From Thecamonas trahens ATCC 50062 (taxonomy: Eukaryota; Protista; Apusomonadida): 64,000 nucleotides of DNA. Each line of letters starts with the position of its first letter. The stretch's first letter is position 1. This document shows positions 1 through 12,371 of the stretch, piece after piece. A model generated the notes under the pieces. It did no database searches. It had not been told where the DNA came from and was given only the letters and a program-made list of their open reading frames with translations. The stretch lies in the NCBI RefSeq assembly GCF_000142905.1, contig NW_013657674.1, forward strand, positions 404,709-468,708, given 5' to 3'. A program made the translations under genes and the position numbers.

Positions 1-843
1 CTCTTTGTCATCTTTGTCGAGGTCCACCGTTTTTGTTGGCTGAGTCACAGAGAGGCTTTATGGCCGGTGTCTGGGGGTGGTGTGTGGCTTGTGGGATGGG
101 TGTGGCGTACGTGCCTTTTTTGACATACCTTTTATTGCCACTGCATCTCCACTCACCCAGTCTGGGCATGGCAAACGCTCGTAGGTACAATATAAAGAGA
201 TGTGTAGAGTGAGAGAGGCATGATCTGGTAGCACATATTGTGGATCAGAACATCGGTGACATTGATTGCACATCGGTCTTTGATATCCGCCCGTAGGCCC
301 AAGAGTGGTTGTGTTGCGGTCGCGTGGGTCACGCGGTTTGAGCAGAGTTTTCTCCCACGAACCGTCGAATAGAAGGCACTCACTGCCCAACACGGTCGGC
401 TGCGATGTACGAACGTGTGGACCACGTGTCCTCATCGTGAACAAAGTCATCACTCGTTGTTTCGATTGTAGAGACCGGATGGCTGCAGCATGGGCGTAAG
501 CGCTTGTCGTGGCATTGGCTCCGCGCAGGCTCGTCCGCTCCAGTCCCCTCCCTGCCGAGTCCCACCACATCCATATCATGACAATGTCACTCCAGAGCAT
601 GATCGGGACGACTTTCAACTCCCTCCCCCCCTCCTTCCCCCCTCCCCCCCTCCCTCCCCCCCCCCCCCCCCCCCCACCGCCTTCCCATCATGCCCGGATC
701 AGCCTCCCGATCAAGAGCCCCAACCGCTGAGGCTGGCCGCCGCCGACGTCCACTTCCCACCCCTTTCGCCACCTGCCAATGTCCCCCCCCTCCCCCCTCC
801 CCTCCCCTTCCTCACCACCCACCTCACCCCCACACAGTCCTTC

Positions 844-1278
844 ATGTCTGCACGTGTCCGCTGGGTCCCTGACGAGGAGCGCACTCATTGTGCTGACTGC
901 GGGAAGAAGTTCTCCCTCCTTGTCCGCCGGGTACGCCCTCCCCCCCCCCCCCTCCCTCCCCCCCTCCCTCCCGTCCCCCCGCCTCCTCTCACCCTCCCTC
1001 CCTCCTCCTCACAGCACCACTGCCGACGGTGCGGAGACATCTTCTGCAAACAATGCGCCAATGTGTTCCGCAAGATCCCTGAACTCGAGGTGACAGAGAT
1101 GGTTCGGGTGTGCAACCGTGGCTGCGACATTGCCTACGATGACGGCGTGTACTCGTCGGTCGGATCTGCCGTGCCTGCTCGGACTGCATCGCCGGTATCC
1201 TCGGTGGGCAAGTCGAAGAAAAAGAGCAAGAGCAAGGCTGTTACATCATCGTCCGATCTCGACTTTGGTGGCCTTTAG
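844..1278 (+). CDS. Small FYVE zinc-finger (PI3P-binding) protein; join(844..930,1015..1278)
   Basis: WVPDE, CADC, RR|HHCRRCG, CKQC and RVC FYVE motifs. Removing the 84-nt C-rich GTACGC..ACAG intron (931-1014) restores RRHHCR. An additional upstream exon is possible (CAG at 835-837). Confidence 0.85.
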   Translation: MSARVRWVPDEERTHCADCGKKFSLLVRRVRPPPPPLPPPLPPVPPPPLTLPPSSSQHHCRRCGDIFCKQCANVFRKIPELEVTEMVRVCNRGCDIAYDDGVYSSVGSAVPARTASPVSSVGKSKKKSKSKAVTSSSDLDFGGL

Positions 1279-1381
1279 CTCGTCTGGCGTTGCCCGGCTC
1301 GCGCGCTCGAGTGCACCTGCTTGCCTCGCCGCACACGTCGCTGCTTAAAACAACATGACCTCGACGCCTGTGGTCGTTCTT

Positions 1382-4300
1382 TTACGAGTCGGCGCCGCAG
1401 ACACCGCAGACGCCACCGTTGACATCGACGACAGCGCATCCACCGCAGACGCCGCATCGCCAGGCGATGGCGGCGGCGTCGACGACCGTAGCGCCGGTGG
1501 CGATGCAGACCTCAAACGAGCGGTCGCACGAGTTGCAGGACGAGGCCCACGGCGCTGTGCTCGCCCCGCACCCTCCACAGCTTGTCGGCTTGGCCCGCCG
1601 GTCGCGCGGCGCGTTACGCTTGAAGACCTCCACCGCCAGCCGCTCGTATGCCTCGTCATTGGCGCCGAGGCTCTCGAGCTTGATAAACGCCAGCGAAGCT
1701 TGCTTGAAGAACCGGTTGAGGTACGCGGTGAGGGCAGCAAGCGAGGCCACTGCCCGAGAGTCGAGGAAAGCCTCAAAGTCGTCGGCAACCCGCAGTGCGG
1801 TCCGCATTGCCGCGTCGACGTCGCCGGCGTGCAGCTGCCGCTGCGCCAAGAGGTAGAGATGCAGCGCCTGTGCACCGCGCCACGCGGTGGCCAGCCCGTC
1901 GACGCCCGCGCCGTCGGCGCTGCTCTTGCCTGGCGAGCTCATGAGGCCAGCAAGCTTGGCGTCCGGCGACCACGACGACCGTCCACTGCTGCCGCTCCCT
2001 GCTTCGCCTCCACCAGCCCGCCTTGCCATCTTGGCTTTGGCCTGTCCACACAGCCCGGCGAGAACATACAGCTGCTTGCCGCGCACAAGCTTGCCGGCGG
2101 CGACAGCCTCACGCGCAAGCTCGACAAGGAGCTGACCGGCCTCGCTGTACTTGTGGGCCTGATAGTAGAGCTCAATGGCCTTGAGCCGACCGCCGGGCAA
2201 GGCCAGGAGCTTGTCGGCGTACTCGGCGAGGAGGGCGTGGATGCCTGGAAAGGCGTGCCGTTCCGCGAGCCGCAGCGCTGTGTCCCACCGTTGGAGGCTG
2301 ACACACGCGTCGACGGCGGCCTTGACGTCGCCGGCCTTGACGTACGCCGCCACGGCCTCGTCGGCCATGCCCACGCTCACCAGCTTGGCGCCGAGCTTGG
2401 GCAGCAGCGCGTCGCTAGAGCCGAGCTCTGAGACGAGCGAAGCGAGCCGGTCAAAGTCGCCAACCCGGTAGGCGGCGTCGGCGAGCGGACCAGTAGCGTG
2501 GGCCAGCTCATAATAGTGGATGGCCTTGGCGTCCTGCCCGCGCTCGGCGTAGTAGTCGCCGAGCTCAGTGTGTGCCCGCGCCCGGAGTTTGTCGTCACCC
2601 TGTCCGGTCTCGTGGATGAGCTTGACCACCCGGAACCAGTCGCCGACCTTGACTCGCAGACCGATGGCCAGGTCTGACCGGTTCATCTCCATGTACAGCT
2701 TCTCGGCCTGGTCAAACCGGCCAAAGTACGCTGCAACTTCGGCAGCCTGCTTGAGCGGGTCCTTGACCTCGCGCAACGACTTGAGGAAGACCAAGCCCTC
2801 GTAGTTACCGTACTTGATGAACGCAGCCCGGGCGAGGCCAAGATCCAGCGCCTCCAGCGCGGCCTCGGCCAGGATCCGCCACAGCCGCGGGTGCGGGTTG
2901 TCCGCCACAAAGCCCATCGCCTCCTTGAGGTTGACCGACTCAACAATGGCCCGGGTATCTCGCAGCGAGCGCGTCTCATACTCAACCAGCAACGCCTTGG
3001 ACGGCACCTGCGGATCAATGAGCAGCGCGTCGAGGTCGACGGCCTGGACCACTAGGTCCGAAAACTCGCAAAGGTACGAGGTGCATGGCACGGCCTCTTC
3101 CGGCGCCGGGCCGCGGTACACATACAGCTTGTCCTTCTCCACCGCGGCAAGCAGCGACGGCTCGTCGCCCCACTTGATGGCCCACACGTTGTTCTTGCGC
3201 TCAAAGTCCGGCAGCGGCATGCCCAGCGGCGCGCTTGCAGACTCGCGCATTTCCAGTGCGTACAGCGAGAGTGCAGATGCAAAGTCGATGATCGCCACCA
3301 CGCTTCCGTCACAGTTGATCTCGAGCACCTTGGCCCGCACTCCAATGTTGTACTGCGTCTCCAGCCGGAGCCGCGGCAGGCTGTACCGCAGCAGCGTTCC
3401 CGACGCCCGTGCCACCAGCAGCATGCTGCCTGACGCTGCCACTGCCGTGATCACGTCGCCAGTCTCCTCCGAGTCGGCAAGCTCCATAAACTCAGAGGCA
3501 GTCGACGCCGGATCCGAGTCGATGTGGAAGAGCGCAACCGGTGGTCCATCGCCGCCGCTACGTCCGCCGAGCATCTTGTGCGACTTGGCCTGCGGCGTCT
3601 CGCTCTCCAGCGCTGCAATGTAGTCCCACACAAAGACAGCGCGCGGCGAGGCAACAACCACATGCCGCGGTGTCATGGCCAAGTGTGTCGGCTCGAGCGC
3701 AAGATACTTGGAGACGAGTGGGTTGCCAATGGCGTCAAACACAATGGCCACGTCCTCCGATTGCGCGCCGCCCGTCGAGGTCAGCAGCGCGGCGTGCTGG
3801 CCGGCAGCGCAGATGCCGGCCACCCGCTTGATGTACTTGACCGCTACCTCGGTCGTCTTGGTGTTCCAAAACGTGATGCAGTGCTCGTCGTTCGAGATGA
3901 GATACGAGTACACGAGTGTGTTGGCAAAGTACGTCCACTTGCGCGGCGGACGGACTGTGGCAAAGAAGATGGAAGACCCAACCGTGAGCGCAATCCGCAG
4001 CCCGTTGCCCGACCACGAGAGACCGGTCACCAGCGAGCCGCCGGGCACCTTGAGTGTGAACACGTTGGCGCCGTTCGGCTCGTAGAACTGGACCACTGAG
4101 ACAACTCGCTCACGGAGCGTCAGCTGGCCCGCCACCGCCAGCAAGCTCCCGAGCTTGTCCCACGACAAGGTAGAGATTTGCAACTTGGTGTCAAGCACAA
4201 GCGGAGCGTCATCAATCTCAGACCGCATCAGCTGGACGCATCCGTTGTCAAAGGCGACCGCCAGGGACGGCAGTCCGGCCTCGACGCCACGGATGGCGTC

Positions 4301-5060
4301 GTTGAACCACGCAAGGTCGACAACGCCCGGAAGCTGGTCGGCAGGCGTTGTCGGCGGCAGAGGGAGCTGACATGGGCCGTCAACCGCCACGAACAGTTGC
4401 ATCCGGGTCAAATACGCGCCACTCGCGGCGTCGTGCAGATGAACCTGCCCGTCGGCGGTTGCCAGCAGCAGCAGCCGTCCATTGGGCGACCACGCCACGC
4501 GGGTCAACGGCTTGTCAAAATTGATGCACCACACCCGCTCCTTTGACAAGTGGCCCAAAATGACCATGCCGTCCGTGTAGGCAATGGCGATGAGCAGGCC
4601 TGACGGTGACCAGGCAAAGTCGGCCACGTTTCCGCCGTCGGCCCGCTCGTTGACCATCTGTTCGAACCATGCGCCATCATGCAGCGCCCACACAATAATG
4701 ACACCATCAGCCGCAGTCGTCAGCCGCTGTGCCGGCTCGTTCCACCGGCACCGCGACAGTGTCGCCGAGTGGCCCGTCAGCGCCTGGTTCATGCTGAATG
4801 ACGACGCCGTGCCCGGACCTGCCTGCTCCAGCTGTAGCACCCGGCAGGCCCCGCCCTCGCCGCCCACAGCCACATATCCGTGCGCTCCGCTCCATGCCAC
4901 CGTCGTCAGCGGCGTAGCATTCGGCATCCCAATCTGTGTCGACATGGTGTGAGTGTGGCGGGCAAGGCGGGAAACAGGAGAAGGGGGGGGAGGGGCAAGT
5001 GGGGGGGGGGTAGGGGGCGTGGGATGGAGGACGTACTTTCTTGGAGAGGTAGACGTGCAT
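1382..5060 (-). CDS. WDR35: WD repeat protein 35 / IFT-A subunit IFT121; complement(join(1382..4933,5037..5060))
   Basis: Spliced N-terminus MHVYLSKK|IGMPN matches the WDR35 start (intron 4934-5036, GTACGT..ACAG). WD40 propellers, NPHPRLW motif, TPR region and C-terminal Cys clusters. Confidence 0.93.
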
Positions 5061-5352
5061 GATGGTGGAGAGTGGGGGAAGGTATGTGGGTGGTGGTGGG
5101 TGGGTTGAGAGTGCGGTGGGAAGCCCTGGAGGCGTGCGTGAGAGGGGGAGGAGGGGAGCGGGTGGGGCGAGGCGGGGGGGGGGGAGGGGGACCGAATGGC
5201 GCCGCGCGCGTGTCGGCAGACCGGAACTTGCGGCTGGGCAATGTAGGCGGGTGAAGGGCGTAGTCATGGCTATGAATGTAGTGAGAAGGAGAAAGGAGTA
5301 GAGAACATGATTGCTTTGGTCATCTGCTGGTTACTTGGCAGATACTTGCTGG

Positions 5353-7365
5353 TTACCGGGCGATGGCGGTGGTTCGGGATCTAGCTGATGTCTGAGCCTG
5401 CATGAACTTGAGCGCTTTGGGATCGGCGTACATGGAAGAGACATCAAAGTCGACCACATACAGGCCTTCCAGCGATCGTGCGCGAGAGAGGGCGACGTAG
5501 GCCTGGCCAGCTTCAAAGACTGAGCCAAGCGAGACAACAAGCGAGTCGAGCGACATGCCCTGCGACTTGTGGATGGAGACGGCAAAGGCCAGCTTGAGCG
5601 GCAGTTGTGTCCGTTTGGCTGGCCGGCGTCCAACAAGCCCCATCCGCCACACGTACGGCTTGATGAGCATTGTCCGCCCACTCGCCATTCGCACCCACGG
5701 TAGCTGGGTGGCGTCATCAAAGGCGACAACAACGCCGCGCGAGCCGTTGGCGAGCCCGCCCACAACGTCCAGATTGCACACCAGCATGACCTGGGCGCCG
5801 ATCTTGAGCGAGACCCGCTTGCTCGCCGGGCACGAGCTGTCAAGCGCCGCCACGCCGCCAGTCGGTCCATCATCAAACGCCTTGTACGTCACCGTTGTAC
5901 CCGGCAGCTGCGCCAGCTGCTCGGCGTTGGTTGCGTCGACCGCTGCTCGATGTGGGAGCAAACGGGTGGGAAGAACGCCATCGTTGGCAACTACCTTGGC
6001 CTGCGATCGAGCCTCAAGGACACGCACAAGACCAGGCTCAACAACGCCACGCCGGAGTGCGCCGAGCAGCCGGGCAAACTCGACGTCGCGCTGGCGGTAG
6101 ACGTGGGTGAGCTCGAAAATGGCAAACTTGGCCGCCTTCCACGCCTCAGCCTCAAAGGCAAACTGTGGCGCGGTCGAGACAACGCCATACCGATGTTTGA
6201 CCACCGGCGGGAGCTGCAGAAAGTCGCCGCAGACCACGAGCTGAAGGCCGCCAAACGGGGCATCGGGTCGCGAGCGCAGCGCCCGGCCAACGCCGTCAAG
6301 CACGTCCAGCATCTGCGGCCGAAGCATGGAGATTTCGTCGATGATGAGCGTGTCTGTAGTCTGCCAGCGAGTCACCACACTTGGGCGCTCGCGGATTGAC
6401 GCCAGCAACGACGCCAGTGGCGCCTCGCCACGCCCAATGCCCGCAAACGCATTGAGGGTTGTGCCGCCGAGCTGGCACGCGGCAATTCCAGTCGATGCCG
6501 TGACCTGAACCCGCTTTGTCGCGCCCAGCTGCGCCAGAATATGCGCAATGAGCGTCGACTTGCCTGTTCCGGCCGAGCCAGTGAAGAAGACATTGCGTCC
6601 GTCGGCGATAGCGGCGAGGACCTCGGCTTGGCGAGGATCGACCTGCGACAGCGCTGGGTTTTGGCCATCAGCAGGCCCAGCAGCCACCGCACGGCCATCG
6701 AGGCCACACCGTCGCTTGGATGCGCGCATCAGGCTCGGCAACGCACCTGTTGCGAGGTGGCGGGCATGGCCGCCGAGATCGATGACGACAGCGTCTGCGG
6801 GCGGCGGCGCCGACGAAAAATTTGAATATTTTGCGCCTCGCGCCGCTCCCTCCGGCAAGCCCGCGACGCCGGCAGGCAGTGCCGAGAGTGTACGCTTGCG
6901 CTTCCGCGGCGGTGACCGGCCTGCACTTGCGGCTTCGGCCTCACTCTCGCTGCACTGCGCCTCAAGCTGCACTCTGTCGGTGATGGCGAGCTTGGCCGCC
7001 CTCGCCGGGTGGAGGGTCGAGCCGAGGAGCATGAGCCAGGCCTCGAGCGCTGCGGGCGTAGCCGCCGAGAGGAGGACCCGGACCCGAGCGGATGCGGTCG
7101 AGATGGTGAGCGTGGCACGGCCCTGGCTTGTGTACTTGGTCTGGACCTGCATCTCGCGTGCTCGGATGCAGTCTAGGCTCAGCGCAGGCGCAGCTGATCG
7201 CGGCGCACGGACGTGGGCGACAGCCATGACGATGGTCCCCTGCGCATGGCCGGCATCAAACGAGACATACGCGTTCTTGATTGTCTTGGACCGCAACACG
7301 GTGTGATCTTTCTTGTTACGGACGTTGAGAAACTCGATCCGCACTGTAGCCGCTACAATCGGCAT
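5353..7365 (-). CDS. PIF1: PIF1-family 5'-3' DNA helicase
   Basis: Motifs FFTGSAGTGKS, IIDEISM, FGGLQLVVCGDFLQLPPV, YRQ, NGSRGVV, HKSQGMSLD and GQAYVALSRARS. Start placed at MPIVAATVRIEF (7365) is approximate. Confidence 0.93.
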   Translation of the reverse strand: MPIVAATVRIEFLNVRNKKDHTVLRSKTIKNAYVSFDAGHAQGTIVMAVAHVRAPRSAAPALSLDCIRAREMQVQTKYTSQGRATLTISTASARVRVLLSAATPAALEAWLMLLGSTLHPARAAKLAITDRVQLEAQCSESEAEAASAGRSPPRKRKRTLSALPAGVAGLPEGAARGAKYSNFSSAPPPADAVVIDLGGHARHLATGALPSLMRASKRRCGLDGRAVAAGPADGQNPALSQVDPRQAEVLAAIADGRNVFFTGSAGTGKSTLIAHILAQLGATKRVQVTASTGIAACQLGGTTLNAFAGIGRGEAPLASLLASIRERPSVVTRWQTTDTLIIDEISMLRPQMLDVLDGVGRALRSRPDAPFGGLQLVVCGDFLQLPPVVKHRYGVVSTAPQFAFEAEAWKAAKFAIFELTHVYRQRDVEFARLLGALRRGVVEPGLVRVLEARSQAKVVANDGVLPTRLLPHRAAVDATNAEQLAQLPGTTVTYKAFDDGPTGGVAALDSSCPASKRVSLKIGAQVMLVCNLDVVGGLANGSRGVVVAFDDATQLPWVRMASGRTMLIKPYVWRMGLVGRRPAKRTQLPLKLAFAVSIHKSQGMSLDSLVVSLGSVFEAGQAYVALSRARSLEGLYVVDFDVSSMYADPKALKFMQAQTSARSRTTAIAR

Positions 7366-7781
7366 CGTTGGCCAGCGACGAGTATGCGGTCTTGGTCTTG
7401 GCTCACCAGGGCTTGCTTGGCAGCCAGCCATATTCCTCCGCCTGCCAGCCTCACCTGCCATCCACATCGAATCGAGCTCCAATCCTCTCTGTATCGACCA
7501 CATAGACTGCACCAGCCATCGATGGGTAGTCGTTAATTGTTCGGCAGAGATCGCCAAGCAGTGTGTGTGTGTGCCTGTGGCTGATGGGAGCGGAGAGAGA
7601 GTGTGTGTGTGGGGAGAGGGTGTGTGAGGTGATGCATGCAAGACGTGATCGATCGCCTTTGATGGCTGCCAACCAACAGCAGACAGGCCACGCGGTGGGG
7701 GCCTCACCCGCTCCCGCTGTCTCTGCTATGAGTTGCCACACCTAGCTGCACTCTTTCAGCGAGGAGGAGGAGGAGGAGGGT

Positions 7782-9245
7782 ATGAGCTCGTACTCGGCAG
7801 GTGTAGCAGTGCCAAGTCTCCGGCAGGCCCGCGGGTCGACCCGGTACTACACCATGCTGACGACGGCGGCTGGAACGTCGGGCGAGGACGAGTCATCGTC
7901 GGGGCAAGGCGATGGCGGCACAGGCATCGAGCCGTGGCTTCTCGAGTCTGAAAAGCCGGAAGGACGCGAGCTGGTGGCACTGCGGGCAAAGGTGCAGGAG
8001 CTCGAAGCCAAGCTGCGCAAGAGCCGACGGCGGCAGTCGTCGGCACGCGATGCGGTCCGTGAGGCGTCGGACGCTGTGGAGATGGCAGCGCAGTCGGCGC
8101 GGCGGAGCGCGGTAGCGACGGCACGAGCGCTGGAGGCGTGTGTCTTTGCGCTTGCGCACGACTACGTTTTTATCTCACGCATCCACTCGGGCATCCGGGC
8201 TGCCGTCTATCTCGCCACCGCGCGGGCGACCGAGGGGCCAGCGCCGAGCGGCAAGACGGCGCTCAAGATTGTGACAGGCTACGGGGCAGTCTCGGTTGAT
8301 CGCCCACCACGCGAAGTCTCCATGCTTCTCCGCCTCCGGGCACACCCGTGCATTGTCTCGATCGATGCATGGTATCCGCTGTTGGACCAGAACGCGTTTG
8401 CCATTGCCATGCCGCACATTGTGCACGAGGACTTTGATCCGGCGAGTGAGCCGCGCAAGCTTGTCAAGTACATGTGGGACACGCTACAGGCGTTGGCGTT
8501 CTGCCACGCCGCGTCGGTGGTGGTCCGCGATGTTAAGCCGTCGAACATCCTGTTCGACATGGCGCGCCAGCGGGCAGTTCTCATTGACTTTGACTGTGCC
8601 ACCCATTACGACCCGTCGGCGCCGCCGCGCGATCTGGTCGGAACCCGCGGCTTTCTCGCGCCCGAGATCATCGACGACCGGCTGCGCCTCGACGGCTATG
8701 GCTACCCTGTCGACATGTACTCGGCCGGGCTCACCTTTTTCGCCCTCGTCTTTCGCGTCCCGCCGCGCCGCTACTCGGCCATGACGCACCCCGATGTGTT
8801 CGACACACTGGAGGCGGCGGCGTCGACTGCCAAGTCGCGCTCGTCGCGCGCCCAGCTCCTTGAGCTCATCTCCGGCCTCGTTGCTGCCAGCCCTGCCCAC
8901 CGCTGGACCGCCGATGCTGCCATCGCCCACAGGTACTTTGACGAGCTGCGCAAGCGCAAGACCGGCACGCCTGCAGCACTTCGCTCGCCGGCGCCGCGCT
9001 CGCCAGCCTCTCGATTATCGTCCGGCCGCAAGGGTACGAGGATCCGCAAGCGCCGCCGTCGCCGCCGGTCGTCGGTCTCGGCCCGTCGACGGTCCAGCAC
9101 AGCCCTCGGCATCACCTCGTCATCGTCCCTTCCTTACTCGCCCTCGCTCTCCACAGACAGCTCACCGCAGTCCGACAGCTGTTCTGATTCAGCATCGGTA
9201 TGCTCGAGCAGCATAAGTACCACCGCAAACACACAAAGCTCATAA
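7782..9245 (+). CDS. Ser/Thr protein kinase with N-terminal coiled coil and a basic/Ser-rich tail
   Basis: Motifs ALK, VRDVKPSN, LIDFD, GTRGFLAPE, DMYSAG and R-W-TA..A..H.YF. Confidence 0.85.
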   Translation: MSSYSAGVAVPSLRQARGSTRYYTMLTTAAGTSGEDESSSGQGDGGTGIEPWLLESEKPEGRELVALRAKVQELEAKLRKSRRRQSSARDAVREASDAVEMAAQSARRSAVATARALEACVFALAHDYVFISRIHSGIRAAVYLATARATEGPAPSGKTALKIVTGYGAVSVDRPPREVSMLLRLRAHPCIVSIDAWYPLLDQNAFAIAMPHIVHEDFDPASEPRKLVKYMWDTLQALAFCHAASVVVRDVKPSNILFDMARQRAVLIDFDCATHYDPSAPPRDLVGTRGFLAPEIIDDRLRLDGYGYPVDMYSAGLTFFALVFRVPPRRYSAMTHPDVFDTLEAAASTAKSRSSRAQLLELISGLVAASPAHRWTADAAIAHRYFDELRKRKTGTPAALRSPAPRSPASRLSSGRKGTRIRKRRRRRRSSVSARRRSSTALGITSSSSLPYSPSLSTDSSPQSDSCSDSASVCSSSISTTANTQSS

Positions 9246-9456
9246 CTGGGCTAACTCTTGCGTAGGCGACTCAAGTCCGGCAAGTCGCTTGCCACTTTGC
9301 CCAAATCGGCAATGTGGCGAAGTTCCACGGTTGCTGTCGTCACCGAGCAACCTCCTCCGCCACTCAACTCTGTTGCTCTTCCCTTCCTTCGTCACCACCA
9401 CCGTCTCGCCTACTACCAGACCTGTGACTTGCACTCTCCCCTCATCCCTCCCCACC

Positions 9457-10216
9457 ATGTCGTCGTCTAACAACGACGCCTCAACTCCGCAAGCTTGCAT
9501 CGACGGATGCGGCTTCTTTGCGTACGTACCCCCCCCCACCCCCCCTACCCCGCCCATGAGCACGACCCAACTCGCCGTTGTTCGTCACACTTTCTTCCGT
9601 TTCGAACATTGATTGATTCGTTTGCTCATTCGTTCTTCATTCGTTCGTTTGGGCGTGCGGTTGTTCGCCGGTCGCAAATTGGTCACCGTCACTCACCCCA
9701 GTCACATGCGCGGATGGTTGGGCATGCAGATCGGCTGCGACCGACCGATGCTCGGCTTGCCACCGCAAACACATGAGCGAAAGCATGCAAGACCTGGCCA
9801 GTGGAGGCCAGGATGCCCCATCGTCGCCTGCGGCTTGGGCAGCGGCGGCGGCTGACGCAGCCTTTGCCGCGTCGAACGTTCTGCCGGCAGAAGGCGGTGA
9901 TGACGTCGCGTCGATGCCGGCGCCCATGGATGTGGCGCCTGCCGAGACCGAGGCTGTGAAGGCCCCGGCTATGGCAGCCGCAGCAGCAGACGAGACACCC
10001 AAGAAGAAGAAGAAGAAGAAGGCCCGCTGTGCACACGCCGAGTGCCGGACCAAGATCGGGACGCGCGGCTTTGAGTGCGCGTGTGGCGCCTCGTTCTGTG
10101 GCTCGCACCGCTATGCTTGGGCCCACGACTGCACCCACGACTTTGCCGCCGAGGCCCGTGACAGGCTCCGCGCGGCGAACCCAGTAGTCTCGCCGGAAAA
10201 GGTGGCTCGGATCTGA
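9457..10216 (+). CDS. A20/AN1 zinc-finger protein (ZFAND5/6, SAP type); join(9457..9521,9730..10216)
   Basis: Splicing the GTACGT..GCAG intron (9522-9729) gives the A20 finger CIDGCGFFASAATDRCSACHRK, in frame with the AN1 finger CAHAEC..CACGASFCGSHRYAWAHDC and the NPVV..EKV.RI end. Confidence 0.9.
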
Positions 10217-10297
10217 GCCGCCCAGCTCTCACGTCCCCTCTGCTCGCTGCGATCTCGCTGCACTTCCTTTAACACACACGCACATCCACCGCTTGGC

Positions 10298-12173
10298 TCA
10301 CACTCTGCACACGTACGAGTTCGAGTGTGAGATGTAGCGGACCCAGCGGGCGGGCTTGTAGTTGGGGTTGGCGTCGATGATGCGCAGCGAGCGGATGGCG
10401 AGGCCCGAGAGCGAGTGCATGGGGATCTCAAAAGCGAGCGAGGCCGGGCCGACGCTCTGCGACCAGACGGCGTACTCCTCGGGGCCGTCGAGATGGACGC
10501 GGACCCGGGCATGGTGCTCGGCACCACCGCGGAAATTTTCGATGAGCCAAGTCATGGTCTTGCTCTCCTTGGCATACGCGTACGACTGGCCGCCGACGCC
10601 GGCAGGCAGATCAAGGGTGGCGTTGTAAGTAGAGCCTGGCAGCGGGAGCGAGACGCGGACACCCTTGCCAAAGGTGGTGTTGGGAAAGTCGGCCCGGATG
10701 CGGAGGACGACGTCAAATGCCGAGGCCGAAACCTCCTCCAGAAAGACAAAGACTCGGAACGGGGTGCGGAACTCGGACTTGAGGCGGTACGACATGAGCG
10801 TCGACTCGCCTGACTCGAGCGGAAAGGCGACGAGGCGGCGGGCGTCAAAGTCGTCGAGATTGACGCCCTCGTGGAAGGAGATGTCGTCGACAACGATGCC
10901 GTAGCCGTCGCCGGCGCCACCGACGCTTAGATCCTCGTTGAGCGCGAGGACCAGATGTGGGTTGCCGTTGACAAAGGCCTTGACCTGGATGGAGCCGTCG
11001 ATCTGAGACCGCACAATGGAGCCGTCCTTGCCAAACACCACAATGAGTCGCTCGAGCAGGTCAACAAAGACCTCGTCGCCGCCGGTCCGCCGGTGCTCGA
11101 GGGTGATCGGCTTTTGCGCCGCTGCCGACGATGCCGTCCGCGCCACTCCCGCGGTGCTGGTCGGCTCAGCCACCCCGTGCTTGATCGCGGCCGCAGCCGC
11201 CCGGTCACGAAACTTGGCGAGTGCAGCTTTGATCCCGCCCTTGCCCTTGCCGCTCGTGCTCGCACTCGTGCCACCGCTGCTGCCCTCGCCAGCGCCAAAT
11301 GCTGCCTCGGGCACGTTGACGATGTGCGCGCGCAGATGGTCTGACGACGTCGACTGGACCCAGCCGTAGTCCAAAATCTCATCGAGGATCTCGTAAACAA
11401 GCACAAAGTTCTTCCGCAGCTTGTCTTCCGAGAGCTCACCGGTGTAGTCCTTGAACACGGCGGCAAACCGATCGAGCAGCTCGACAGCGAAGACTGGCGA
11501 GACGTTGAACTTGGTGGTGAAGACCAGATACAGACCTTTGCGCGCCACATGGATAAAGTTGAGTCCATTGATATGAAACGCCGGTGGAAGGGCTGCAAGT
11601 CCCACTCCCGACGACGGCCCAGCGCCTCCACCTCTGCTCGCCCTGCTTGCCTGCACCTTCCGCCAGAAGATGTCCGGCGTGCCCTTGACGACATCTCCTC
11701 GGTCTGTACCCCCCTCCCTCGACATGCACATGAGTGGGCGGCGCATCATACGTACGTCGTCTATCCCTTCCCCAATCCCCTTCCCTTGTCGTGTGGCGTG
11801 GCGACTATGCCTTTGCCCACGCCCCCTNNNNNNNNNNNNNNNNNNNNNNNNNNNNNNNNNNNNNNNNNNNNNNNNNNNNNNNNNNNNNNNNNNNNNNNNN
11901 NNNNNNNNNNNNNNNNNNNNNNNNNNNNNNNNNNNNNNNNNNNNNNNNNNNNNNNNNNNNNNNNNNNNNNNNNNNNNNNNNNNNNNNNNNNNNNNNNNNN
12001 NNNNNNNNNNNNNNNNNNNNNNNNNNNNNNNNNNNNNNNNNNNNNNNNNNNNNNNNNNNNNNNNNNNNNNNNNNNNNNNNNNNNNNNNNNNNNNNNNNNN
12101 NNNNNNTACAGTCCTTGGAGACGATGGTATCCCCTCGACCCGAGAGAACAAAGAACTGTGAGAAGGCCGCCAT
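10298..12173 (-). CDS. AP4M1: Adaptor complex AP-4 mu subunit; complement(join(10298..11703,12110..12173))
   Basis: Spliced start FSQFFVLSGRGDTIVSKD|YRGDV, NFVLVYEILDEILDYG, EVFVDLLERL, and C-terminal SGL.IRSLRI..RWVRY..SNSYVCRV. The intron contains an N-gap. Confidence 0.88.
11828..12106. other. Assembly gap (N run) inside the AP4M1 intron
   Basis: Run of N bases. Confidence 1.
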
Positions 12174-12300
12174 ATTGCCCCCCCTTCTTTCTCTTGGCCC
12201 TCTTCCCCAGGAACAAGAACTCGCTGGAGACAATAGGTGACGTCCTTTCCCCCCCTTGCCCTTGCTGTCTACCCTCGCAGTGCAGGCAGACCATTGGGCG

Positions 12301-12371
12301 AAGCCACCAAAGCCACCAAAGCCACCAAAGCCACCAAAGCCACCAAAGCCACCAAAGCCACCAAAGCCACC
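12301..12371 (+). repeat. 9-bp tandem repeat (AAGCCACCA) x~8
   Basis: Directly visible, between the divergent AP4M1 and calpain starts. Confidence 0.95.

Noticed and set aside
1-700. Lower-GC region with short ORFs, possible mobile-element remnant
   Set aside because: No terminal repeats, transposase or RT motifs, or coding bias recognised.
490-843. Poly-Pro, poly-Gly and (CV)n N-terminal ORF extensions (FYVE, PIF1, ACAP, RHL1-like, MYST, 56420)
   Set aside because: They translate C-tracts, G-tracts and TG microsatellites from promoters and introns.
1355-2431. Long antisense or alternative-frame ORFs (also 42255-43028, 53997-55031, 58975-59952, 22977-23921)
   Set aside because: Shadow ORFs expected at high GC3 opposite well-supported genes, with no recognisable motifs.
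5353-7365. PIF1 as part of a Helitron
   Set aside because: No HUH Rep domain or Helitron termini. It has the N-terminal domain and size of cellular PIF1.
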